Source: Candidatus Omnitrophota bacterium | GTDB lineage: Bacteria; Omnitrophota; Gorgyraeia; Zapsychrales; Aceulaceae | Reading direction: 5' to 3' | Length of the DNA: 64,000 bases | NCBI GenBank assembly: GCA_029564765.1 | Contig: JAKQPK010000050.1 | Coordinates: 210,977-274,976, forward strand | Shown here: positions 8,576 through 17,636 of the stretch, piece after piece | Layout of the letters: every line of letters begins with the position of its first letter | Numbering within the stretch: the stretch's first letter is position 1 | Notes under the pieces: model-generated | Databases searched by the model: none | Seen by the model: only the letters and a program-made list of their open reading frames with translations | Told to the model about the DNA's origin: nothing | Made by a program: the position numbers and the translations under genes

Positions 8576-11500
8576 CTATCCAGATGCTCTCACGACCTGC
8601 GCGCTATCTATCTGTGGCGTTTCAAATCCTAAGATCAAGGGAAGGTTATGCGCTGGGACCATCTGGATAATGATTGGCGCAAGGCTGTCAAAATGGATCC
8701 TTTCCATATCCTGGAATTGAACTGCCAAAGGAAGGCCCTGATCATCAGTTTTGATGTTCAGGTCTTGGTACAGGGTCGCGAAATCAATACCACCAGTAGG
8801 CGATAGATTATCCGCTCTTTTTTTCTGGAATTGCTTTTCTGCCTCAGCATAAGCCTCAGCATAACCATTCGCGAAAAGGGTCTGAGCTGTTTCATAAAGA
8901 TCAGCTAACGTTACCGAAAAGCCAAAAACAGACTCGATGATCTGCGTGGCATCTTCACCTTTGTACTGCCGTGCCATCACAGCATCTAAAACTACTCGCT
9001 GCCTTCCATCTTCACCCGCTTTAAAACCAGCACTATACAACCCTAAGCGGCTTCCCGCAAAACTAGATGAACCCATCAAAGCCACTAAGCTTTCAACAAT
9101 TTGCTCTTTCACAGTAGAGGAAGCGACTCCGCCTTGATCAGGTATCAAATTTCCAGCAACAGGAACAATTTTTCCTGTTAAAGGATGAACATAGAAAACA
9201 AGCTCAGTATCTTTATTCTGTGGAGGCAGACCTCTTGCCTGATGAGCAAGATCGCCAATATAACTTTCCAAAGAAGTGTCAACATAAAAAGGAATACCTG
9301 CCTTTTTCGCGGCTGTAGCCAAGATCATGACAGGACGTATCAGTTGATATTTTTGATCTTTTTCAGTGATATCATTGCCATTAATATTATTTCTCTCAAG
9401 CGCCATCAAATCGGAGGTAAATCGCAACGGATTCAAAAGAGATATCTCAGAAATATTGGCTTGCGCGTTTAGGATTTCATTAATCTCATAAAGATTAGCA
9501 GCAACTTCAACATCCACAGAAAGAGGAATATTAAGCCCGATCTCGCTCATAAGGCTTTTTACCTGATCGATCTCTTTAAAACTTCTCACAACCCTTAGCT
9601 GCAACACAATGCCTTTCTGGCCATTTACATCATCGACCAAGCGCTTGATAGCAGAAAGTTGTGCCCTTAAAAAATCTCGATCATTGCTTAAAGATTTAAC
9701 AAGGCCATGGACCCCATATTCCGGGTTGGCTTCACTTGGTTCATATAGCTCACCAAAAAGCAATTCTCGATATTCATTCGAGAAAAGAGCGTCCGTTGTA
9801 ATGATAAGCCGCTTTCCTTCCGTCTTTGCCTGAGAGAAAGATTTTCCAAGCGCCTCCAGAAGTCCACGCTCGTAAAACTTCATTCCGATCCCAGGTTCAT
9901 CAAGGCGCTCAACATATCCTTGATCACGCATAGAACGACGGATCTCCGTATACACTTTCCTCTCCTCGGCAGATAATGGCTGGTTTTTGAGAACCCTGGG
10001 AAGAAGGATTTCATCGTAGGACTTCAAGGCCTTATAATGAAATCCTAAAGTTAGACCAAAATCCGTCCCTATCTTGAATTGAGAATCCTCAAAAAGCTTC
10101 ACATCCGCAACGGCCTGTGGATCGATCTCAAAATCAAATCCGATCGCTTGCTGGGCTTCCGCAGGGATCTCAACGTCCTGACGGGCAAGGTTTTCCACGC
10201 CAAGCTTGATCGATTCTGGCGTCATGGAAACAGCTTCGTAACCTTCTTGCGCAAGAATCACTCCATAATTTTCCTGCCCCTTAACAGATGGCGCATTACC
10301 GCAAAAAGCATTCTTAATTTTGTTAACCGAATTGCGGAAGATCGCGTTAAATTTTTTCGTGATCTTTGGCATGCGACCATTCCAGCGCAAAATAGAAAGA
10401 CTATAATCCGTAACTACTTCTTTTAAGGACGCATTGCTCGTATTTCGATCCACTCTGGCCAATGTTTGCAAACCGTCATTGCCGCCAGTCGAGGTAAAAA
10501 AGTCAACGCTCCCAGCCTTTTTCCCTGAGCGCTGCTCAAAGATCGTGACTGCCGCCAAAAAATCCTCAATGTTAATCGAATTGGTAGGAAGCTCTGTCAT
10601 GATACCTACCTTAATATTGTCATCGATCAAGCCTTCTTCATCAAGGATCTCCAAAAATTTGACAACATCTATGGGCCTTCTGACAACAGGCGCGAAAATC
10701 CCAAACTTTGCTTTTTTTGTGTCAATGGCCTTTTTGATCGCTTCAAGCTGCCAGCGCAACGTCTGAGGATTCTTGAACATTAGATCCAACCCTCGAAAAC
10801 CTTTCATGGGATTTGCTTCACGATTAATGTACTCTTCCGCGCCATAAACATTCTGATATTCATCGCTTTTGCGGTCATCGAGTCGAATATAGTGACGTTT
10901 ATCCAAAAGCTTAACGATATCTGAAACGATCTGGGCGTCAGATCCATCCCTTATGCCACCTTCGGCGGCTTGTGCCAACTCGCTGAAAATGCTCTCAAGC
11001 TCTCGCAATGGAAAAATTTCACCGATGCCCTGCCGATAATAATTTTTAACAATATCTAACACCTTAACGCGAAGCTCGGCGTCCACAATGGTCTGAGCAT
11101 GTATCAAAACCCGCTTTAAAGGTGGGACTGTTGTAATGGATTTTGTCAATATAGATTCTGAAAGGACAGAAATATAAAAATCTTCAGCAGAATTATACCC
11201 TTCGATCGCCTTCTCAAGAAAGGAGATCTTTTCAGAATCACTAACGCGATCGAGGACCGGACCTTCATGCGGTTGCCGTTTTTCTTTCTTGACCATATTA
11301 TCATACGCCAGAAGAAGATCAGGATAGATGCCGATATCGTTTGTCAGCGTCAGCTCTTGACGATCAAGTCCTATGCCGTAAAAATCGATCATTAAGCGCA
11401 GAGGTGCTACTTTCAGGGCAGATGGCGGTGTGGCCGCGAAAACACCCACTCTTGCTTTGGTGCGCGGAAGGTCGATCGGACGAAAATCCTTGCCTTCAAC

Positions 11501-14500
11501 CTGCAAAACATAATCAGTGCCTAATAATATTTTTCCGCGGTTGGCGTCAATGGTCACCTTTACTCCATTAGGCAAAGCGTCCTGCAACTCTTCAAATGTC
11601 GCGTTAGAAACACCAGTGATCGCGACCAACCCATATTCTGAGGCAACGATCATCGTGTGCGAATTAGGCCCACCCTTAAGAGCCAAAATGCCCTTTGCCG
11701 CGATCATCGCCGAATTCATGTCAGGATCGCTTTGTTCAGCGAACATGATCTTTCCGATCGTCTGTGCCAGCGTGTCCGGTCTCTTGTCTAAGACCCAAAA
11801 GACCTGGCCTTGCGCGACCCCGCCTGTCTTGGCGATAAAATTAAAAGGCAAAACCTTTCCCTGGGCTTGTGCTTGCTGGAACGATTTATCCGTAACAAGG
11901 ATCTGTTTCATGAAGATCTTATGCGGATCACGGCGCGACCAAACCGTTTCGGGTCTGGCTTGAGTGCTGACGATCATCCAATCATATCGCGGAAAACCGC
12001 GCTCATCTAAAAGGGCTTTACCATTCTCATCCTTTAGCGTGATCATGTTCCCCTGAGCATCCCTTTTGATACGCAAAGCCCCCTCGAGATCAACGTAACC
12101 ACCGTAAAATTCATGCAAAGACCTAAAATAATCTGCGATCTTCCTTATAACCTCTTTGTCCGTGATCGAAAATTCTTGCTTGACGTCATCAGGGATCTCG
12201 ACTTCGATCTTACCCAACCCATCAGGTGTTTCAACGATCATGTGTGATCGTAAACCTCTTTTTCTGTTGAGTGGCTCGCCATCATACATCATGAAGAACT
12301 GACTTCCGGTCTCGCGTCCAGAAACGAGCATCTCTCCTTGCCCTTCTGTAGCCGATAGCGTCATTACAGGGAAACCTGTTTCGCGATCGACCGAAAAACC
12401 AATAAAACTTATCCCAGATAAAAACATTTCCTGGAATAACGTGCTGATCTCCACATGCTCATCAAAAGTAGGTAAACCAAAATCAAAACGATAATCAACA
12501 GCGCGCTTATTGAACAATGACGCTTGATTGAAGATCCAATTAGTAATGATAAAATCAAGCCCTTCAGGATCCTTTTTGGTTGCAAATGGCGTCACAAAGA
12601 TATATGTGTCCTGACGGCCAGCGAACGACGCGGCCTCGCTGTCTTCACCGACAGCTGAAGAACGGATCGCCAAAACAAGCTTATGAAGCGGGATACCGAT
12701 CCTCTGGGCAAGCTTTCGAAGATTACTTTTCATCTCTTCTTCGACAGCTCGGGGAACGATCATGGCTCGCCCGCCAATCAACAACTTACCAGAGATCATT
12801 GCTGTGATCTTTTCGTATTCAAGCTGTTTTCCCTGCAGCTGCTCCTCAAGCTGGGAGATCTTTTTGTTGATATCTACCTGATCTTCTTGCCCTTTTTTCT
12901 GGATCTCCAGCTCGGCGATCTCTTGAGCCAACTCTGTTTTCTTTTCCTTGATCAGCCGAACTTCTCGATCAAGATGATCACCCTGGGCTTTAAAATAATC
13001 TCTCAAGTTTTCATATGATCCGCTCTGTAGATCATCCAAAATAGACCTCATGACCGACAAAGTATCCTGGATCTGAGAAAAAACGCCCTCTCCTTTTTTT
13101 GTTTCAACAGCGACCCGCAAAAGAGAAAGATCTTTTGTGAGCTGATCGACCTCTTCTTCTGAAAGGCTTTGGCCAAGCGCAAGCTTCGGATGATCATCGC
13201 GATAGCGTATGATCTGCTTGATCAAGCGATCAAGGTGGGCCACGTACGCCTTCGTTGAATTACTGACAAAAAGATTTTGAAATGTTTCCCCGGCAGAAGC
13301 AAAATTAGGAAGCGTCACGATATCAGGGATGAACCCCATTTCTCCTGTATGTGCTGTCTTGCCTCCAAAGCCAACCTCATCCTGACGCTCAGCTTCGATA
13401 TCCCACACCGTAATACGGTCCTTAAAAGCGGGATCCTTGGTATATTCTTTGTGCAAGCTATAAACAAGGTTCTTCTGATCGCTTGCTTTCTGAGCTTCAT
13501 CTGCTCCAACGATCAGTTTTGTATTCGGATCAAGCTTCGCCTTGATATTCGCGATGGGATCCTCGATAGACTCCTCAGAAACCCTAACAATATTAGAGTG
13601 CTGCCGGTAAAACCTATCCAGAAGTTCTTGGGCCTTTTGTTCAGAGATCTTGCCGTATATCAAAAACTCATCGGTGAGCTTTTCCACAAGAACACGCTTA
13701 TCAAGTATCTTTCCTCGATGCAGCATATCCGAAACAAAAAGAATAATATCTGAATCGTTCAAGAAGTAAGGATCAAAAGCGCCTTCAAGCGTATCATTAC
13801 GAATGACCTTGTTCTTGATCTGATACATTGCCTTCACATCGTCCAATCGCGAGCCTTGCGGGATCAAAAGACTTTTCTTGTTGGCTCCGATAAGGATCTC
13901 CAGGTCCTTGATGCTGATATCACGCAAAACATCTTGCTGCATGATCTGAGCAAGCAAGCCAGCGATAAAGGACATCGTGATCTTCTTGCTTCCGGTCTGA
14001 AAAAGATAGTCTAAAAACTGGGTATTGATCGTGACCTTATTATTGGCAACATCAACATCCGCATACTCACCTTTTGTTTGTCCAACAAAGAATTGGACTT
14101 GGTCCATATAGCTGGCTAACAAACGCAATATTTTGTATTCTTGTTTTTCTCCGCCATAAAAAGAAAAAAAGTTCTTGGTCAAAGGGTACAGTTTGTCGTA
14201 TTTGCCAAAAAACATTTGTCCAGGCTCAAGATCACGATGGCCTGGAAATTTTTCTTTTTTGGAAAGAGCGATCGCTGAGGACATAGGAGCCGACACAAAG
14301 CCCTCATCCTTCGGAAGCTGGATGAAATCAACCGCCAGATCAGCATCATCAACGATACTCAGCTTCCAACTGACATCATGTATGCCCTTGGAAGTGCTGA
14401 CAAGCAAACCGTCGTAAGAGATCTTTACTTCTGAAATGTATTTTTTCAGGTTCTGATCAAGTCTTTGATAAGGATGCCATCCGTAATCTGTCCCTGGAGC

Positions 14501-16129
14501 ATGGCCAAGCATGGCCAAAACTTCTTTAGGTTTTTGCCCGATGGCCTGATGGATAAGGTCAAGATTGCTCTCCAAAGATCTTTTTGCGTCTAAATACGGG
14601 ATCTTAATCGCTGAGCTCAGCGATGATGATGTGCGTGTTTTTCGCTGGTAAACATAGACGATCCAACGGTCTGTGGGATTCTTTAAAGCCTTGTAGTACC
14701 CTCGAGGGGCGATCGCAACATAGCGTTGATCACCTGCGATCATGATGACAGGACTTTTAGGTGCGTCACCGGTATCAACATCAACACTCTTGTGAGCATA
14801 CTTTTCAACAAGGTAATTCTTAACTTGCTCTTGATTCCATATGTTGGCACCGTCCTCAAGAATGAAATGCCAACTCTTGCGCTCCCACTGCCCAGAAGAC
14901 CTCTCAAGAGGCGAGCTATTGCTTTTTTTATCTGTAGATAGGGCTGCCGTAATGCGCGTATTATCCCCACCGCGGACAATATTGTTCTGCTGCTGCGGGC
15001 TTGTGGATGTGATCTCCTCAAGATTCTCTGCGATCTTCGTCAAGACATCAATGCCGCCGGAGAAATATTTTCTTGGAATATGTCTTTTGGTGTGATCATC
15101 ATATTCCGCGCGAATAAAATTGTAGACGCCCTGTTTATAGGCTAAAAGATAGGACTCGTAGATCTTTTGTTTGATCTCTTTATCCTCAAGATCAATACCG
15201 GCGACCTTGGATCGATCGACGTAGATCTTTCCTAAAAGACTCTCTTTCAAGTTCTTCTTAAACCACATGCCTAAGACAAGAGCGTTGTAGGCTTGACGCA
15301 AAGACGCAAAATTCTTTCCCGTATTGACCTCTTTTTCAAGCTCTGGGATAACGATGTCGCGGATAATGGAAGAAGCGATTGAGCTTGTTGAGCTTGTTGC
15401 GTTTGTTGGGTTGGACGAACTCAAAGAACCCGATGAACTCAATAAACTCGATGAACCGTTCGAACGCGACAGCGCGAGGTAATCTTCTTCCAACATGACC
15501 TTTAACGATGCCTCAGCAACAAATGCCATATTGCCATGACGATAAACAACAACTTTATCCGGCATGATCCATACCTTATTAAAAGTGTCTACCGGGATCT
15601 CAGTGGTCTGGTATATTGCGTAAGCCTTTTGGTAAACCTTGTCCCAGAATTTCTTTCCAAGATCGGTCTGCGGGTGGATCAAGGAGGCGGTCAGTTGTTT
15701 TAAAATGTAATCTTGCGCTAGCAAGTCTCGCCCCAGATCGGTCTGCGCTAAGGCATCAGGAATGATGCGGTCCTGTTCGAAGGGAGAAAGGTTGACCCAC
15801 AGATCTTTCTCGGGGATCGTTAGCGATGCCAAGAAATACTTGATCAGCTTCTCTGATTCCTGCTTTAACGCATCACCTGCAAGATCCTCATCGCCATCAT
15901 TGATGATAAAATCGAACTTAAAAGGATTGTCGGGATAAACTTCGAGGCCTACCATCATCGCAGGATAAAATACCGGCGTTGTCGAAAGAATGGCGCCGGG
16001 CTGCGGCAATCCTAAAGCTTGGGCAAATCCAGGTGAAGGGACAATAAGATTGATCAAAAAACAGATCGAAACAAAACAACGAACAACTCGAGAGGATGCC
16101 GTTGTGGCATTCTTTTTGAAGGTGAGCAT
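8576..16129 (-). CDS. Giant secreted multidomain protein (2517 aa): signal peptide, shared N-module, PEP-synthase/PPDK-type phosphotransferase core, shared C-module
   Basis: Signal peptide MLTFKKNATTASSRVVRCFVSICFLINLIVPSPGFAQA. The N-module (about aa 40-400) is about 50% identical to that of the 33540-39197 protein. Coiled coil ELAQEIAELEIQKKGQEDQ... PPDK_N/PEPS ATP-grasp signature AIRSSAVGEDSEAASFAGRQDTY. Swivel phospho-His signature GGPNSHTMIVASEYGLVAITGV. PEP-utilizer TIM-barrel-like VDFFTSTGGNDGLQT. Ser-rich linkers. The C-terminal ~60 aa are shared with the paralog. Confidence 0.85.
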   Translation of the reverse strand: MLTFKKNATTASSRVVRCFVSICFLINLIVPSPGFAQALGLPQPGAILSTTPVFYPAMMVGLEVYPDNPFKFDFIINDGDEDLAGDALKQESEKLIKYFLASLTIPEKDLWVNLSPFEQDRIIPDALAQTDLGRDLLAQDYILKQLTASLIHPQTDLGKKFWDKVYQKAYAIYQTTEIPVDTFNKVWIMPDKVVVYRHGNMAFVAEASLKVMLEEDYLALSRSNGSSSLLSSSGSLSSSNPTNATSSTSSIASSIIRDIVIPELEKEVNTGKNFASLRQAYNALVLGMWFKKNLKESLLGKIYVDRSKVAGIDLEDKEIKQKIYESYLLAYKQGVYNFIRAEYDDHTKRHIPRKYFSGGIDVLTKIAENLEEITSTSPQQQNNIVRGGDNTRITAALSTDKKSNSSPLERSSGQWERKSWHFILEDGANIWNQEQVKNYLVEKYAHKSVDVDTGDAPKSPVIMIAGDQRYVAIAPRGYYKALKNPTDRWIVYVYQRKTRTSSSLSSAIKIPYLDAKRSLESNLDLIHQAIGQKPKEVLAMLGHAPGTDYGWHPYQRLDQNLKKYISEVKISYDGLLVSTSKGIHDVSWKLSIVDDADLAVDFIQLPKDEGFVSAPMSSAIALSKKEKFPGHRDLEPGQMFFGKYDKLYPLTKNFFSFYGGEKQEYKILRLLASYMDQVQFFVGQTKGEYADVDVANNKVTINTQFLDYLFQTGSKKITMSFIAGLLAQIMQQDVLRDISIKDLEILIGANKKSLLIPQGSRLDDVKAMYQIKNKVIRNDTLEGAFDPYFLNDSDIILFVSDMLHRGKILDKRVLVEKLTDEFLIYGKISEQKAQELLDRFYRQHSNIVRVSEESIEDPIANIKAKLDPNTKLIVGADEAQKASDQKNLVYSLHKEYTKDPAFKDRITVWDIEAERQDEVGFGGKTAHTGEMGFIPDIVTLPNFASAGETFQNLFVSNSTKAYVAHLDRLIKQIIRYRDDHPKLALGQSLSEEEVDQLTKDLSLLRVAVETKKGEGVFSQIQDTLSVMRSILDDLQSGSYENLRDYFKAQGDHLDREVRLIKEKKTELAQEIAELEIQKKGQEDQVDINKKISQLEEQLQGKQLEYEKITAMISGKLLIGGRAMIVPRAVEEEMKSNLRKLAQRIGIPLHKLVLAIRSSAVGEDSEAASFAGRQDTYIFVTPFATKKDPEGLDFIITNWIFNQASLFNKRAVDYRFDFGLPTFDEHVEISTLFQEMFLSGISFIGFSVDRETGFPVMTLSATEGQGEMLVSGRETGSQFFMMYDGEPLNRKRGLRSHMIVETPDGLGKIEVEIPDDVKQEFSITDKEVIRKIADYFRSLHEFYGGYVDLEGALRIKRDAQGNMITLKDENGKALLDERGFPRYDWMIVSTQARPETVWSRRDPHKIFMKQILVTDKSFQQAQAQGKVLPFNFIAKTGGVAQGQVFWVLDKRPDTLAQTIGKIMFAEQSDPDMNSAMIAAKGILALKGGPNSHTMIVASEYGLVAITGVSNATFEELQDALPNGVKVTIDANRGKILLGTDYVLQVEGKDFRPIDLPRTKARVGVFAATPPSALKVAPLRLMIDFYGIGLDRQELTLTNDIGIYPDLLLAYDNMVKKEKRQPHEGPVLDRVSDSEKISFLEKAIEGYNSAEDFYISVLSESILTKSITTVPPLKRVLIHAQTIVDAELRVKVLDIVKNYYRQGIGEIFPLRELESIFSELAQAAEGGIRDGSDAQIVSDIVKLLDKRHYIRLDDRKSDEYQNVYGAEEYINREANPMKGFRGLDLMFKNPQTLRWQLEAIKKAIDTKKAKFGIFAPVVRRPIDVVKFLEILDEEGLIDDNIKVGIMTELPTNSINIEDFLAAVTIFEQRSGKKAGSVDFFTSTGGNDGLQTLARVDRNTSNASLKEVVTDYSLSILRWNGRMPKITKKFNAIFRNSVNKIKNAFCGNAPSVKGQENYGVILAQEGYEAVSMTPESIKLGVENLARQDVEIPAEAQQAIGFDFEIDPQAVADVKLFEDSQFKIGTDFGLTLGFHYKALKSYDEILLPRVLKNQPLSAEERKVYTEIRRSMRDQGYVERLDEPGIGMKFYERGLLEALGKSFSQAKTEGKRLIITTDALFSNEYRELLFGELYEPSEANPEYGVHGLVKSLSNDRDFLRAQLSAIKRLVDDVNGQKGIVLQLRVVRSFKEIDQVKSLMSEIGLNIPLSVDVEVAANLYEINEILNAQANISEISLLNPLRFTSDLMALERNNINGNDITEKDQKYQLIRPVMILATAAKKAGIPFYVDTSLESYIGDLAHQARGLPPQNKDTELVFYVHPLTGKIVPVAGNLIPDQGGVASSTVKEQIVESLVALMGSSSFAGSRLGLYSAGFKAGEDGRQRVVLDAVMARQYKGEDATQIIESVFGFSVTLADLYETAQTLFANGYAEAYAEAEKQFQKKRADNLSPTGGIDFATLYQDLNIKTDDQGLPLAVQFQDMERIHFDSLAPIIIQMVPAHNLPLILGFETPQIDSAQVVRASG

Positions 16130-16224
16130 GGGGTAACTCTCCGTTTCTCCGTGGCGTGAGAAAATAAAAATAAGGCTTTATGTTTTGACTTTATGGAAAC
16201 GTTTTCTGCGCTTGACTTTGTAAA

Positions 16225-16253
16225 AGGATAGCATTTGAAAGGACGTGTGACAA
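16225..16253 (-). promoter_or_regulatory. Candidate sigma70 promoter for giant gene 1
   Basis: Minus strand TTGTCA (16253-16248), 17-nt spacer, TATCCT (16230-16225), about 95 nt upstream of the ATG. The leader holds two AAAGTCAA direct repeats. Confidence 0.3.
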
Positions 16254-16376
16254 GGGTGTGAATTCTTTACAAAGAAGGCATAAATTATTATTTTTCAATA
16301 AGTTATGCCTCTATGAATAAAAAATCTTCAATTTCGTTGAGAATTAAGCCGACAACAACACAAATGATCGTGTAAA

Positions 16377-16826
16377 CTATCTTTTCGTCGAAAGCATGTA
16401 GCCGATAACTTTTTCGCTGACTTTATTGTCTTTTAAATATTGAACGGTCTGTTCATCCATAACAAAAACAGAACCTGTTTTCTGGATCTGATCAATGATG
16501 ACATCATCCGGCGTGCCTTCCCTGCTCATGTCAACAACCTTTAAGATCGTAAGCTGATGAGAAGCGGACTCTGTTGACGGTGTCTCAGGGTTTGATTGGT
16601 CATCCATGCCGCTGCCGATCAGTCCTCCAGCGCCAGCACCGACCGCCCCGCCGATCAGCGCGCCCTCAACGCCATGGCCTGTCTGATGCCCAACAACACC
16701 ACCTGCGACAGCCCCTAGAACACCGCCGATACCGATACCTTTTTTGGTATTAGAGCCCATAGATTCGCAGCCTATCAAAGCAAAGCTTGCTAAAACAGCA
16801 ACAGTAACAATAATTTTTGATCTCAT
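16377..16826 (-). CDS. Glycine-zipper lipoprotein (17-kDa-antigen / YMGG-like)
   Basis: Lipobox LIGC after the signal peptide. GIGIGGVLGAVAGGVVG...GALIGGAVGAGAGGLIG glycine zipper. Confidence 0.65.
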   Translation of the reverse strand: MRSKIIVTVAVLASFALIGCESMGSNTKKGIGIGGVLGAVAGGVVGHQTGHGVEGALIGGAVGAGAGGLIGSGMDDQSNPETPSTESASHQLTILKVVDMSREGTPDDVIIDQIQKTGSVFVMDEQTVQYLKDNKVSEKVIGYMLSTKR

Positions 16827-16866
16827 TTCTCTCTCCTTGTTAAGATTAAATGTTGAACGATTGCTA

Positions 16867-17553
16867 TCACGCCGAAAAATTCTTTAAAAGAATAACTGCT
16901 TTAACAAAAAAGAAAGCGCTGGTTAGAAATAAAATGCCGGCAAAGGCTTGTCGGATCCTAACAAGCCAGGGTCCAGGCTTGGGCAAGCGCGCTAGCAAGC
17001 CGGTAAATGTTCCGATCAGGATCAATGAAAATCCAACGCCATAGGCAAAAACGAACAATAAACTTAGCCCGTGAAATAAATTCTTTTTTGAACCAACATA
17101 CAAAAGGATAGAGCCCAACAGAGGCGCTGTGCAAGGACCGATCGCAAAGCCAGAAACAAGGCCTGCAAAAAAGATCCCTACGATATTTCTTGGACGCAAA
17201 GATCCCTTAGCTCCTAAATGCAGGATGGGCAATGGAAGGATATCCGCCATAACAAGGCTGAAAAAAAGAAGAAGGAGCGAAACCGCGAAGAAAACATATG
17301 GATTGCTGTGAAGATGTCCGAATAATCGCCCTGTGAGAACCGCAAGGGCTCCCAAGGCGCTATACGACACAGCAGTCCCAAAGACATAAACGCAGGACAA
17401 AGAAAATCCAGCTAATTTTGTTCCGTGAATATTGGCGCGTCCGACTATAGAGGCGACGATAGGAATAAGCGGATAAACGCATGGCGTAAAGCTAACAGCA
17501 ACGCCAGCGGCAAAAGCGGCAAAATAATCATTGATATACTGTGCGACCATCAT
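16867..17553 (-). CDS. ccdA: Cytochrome c biogenesis / thiol-disulfide transporter CcdA (DsbD family)
   Basis: Polytopic membrane protein with the two conserved Cys motifs TPCVYPLIP and GPCTAPLLG. Confidence 0.8.
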   Translation of the reverse strand: MMVAQYINDYFAAFAAGVAVSFTPCVYPLIPIVASIVGRANIHGTKLAGFSLSCVYVFGTAVSYSALGALAVLTGRLFGHLHSNPYVFFAVSLLLLFFSLVMADILPLPILHLGAKGSLRPRNIVGIFFAGLVSGFAIGPCTAPLLGSILLYVGSKKNLFHGLSLLFVFAYGVGFSLILIGTFTGLLARLPKPGPWLVRIRQAFAGILFLTSAFFFVKAVILLKNFSA

Positions 17554-17581
17554 GTCCTTTGATAGGATCCTGAGCAGGTCT

Positions 17582-17620
17582 TAGCAAAAAGGGCGCCTTT
17601 TGATGATCAAAAGGCGCCCT
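17582..17620 (-). terminator. Intrinsic terminator of the PFOR gene
   Basis: AGGGCGCCUUUUGA / UCAAAAGGCGCCCU 14-bp stem, 3-nt loop (17590-17620), then UUUUUGCU on the minus strand. 17 nt downstream of the 17637 stop. Confidence 0.75.
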
Positions 17621-17636
17621 CGTCACATTCTCCTGC

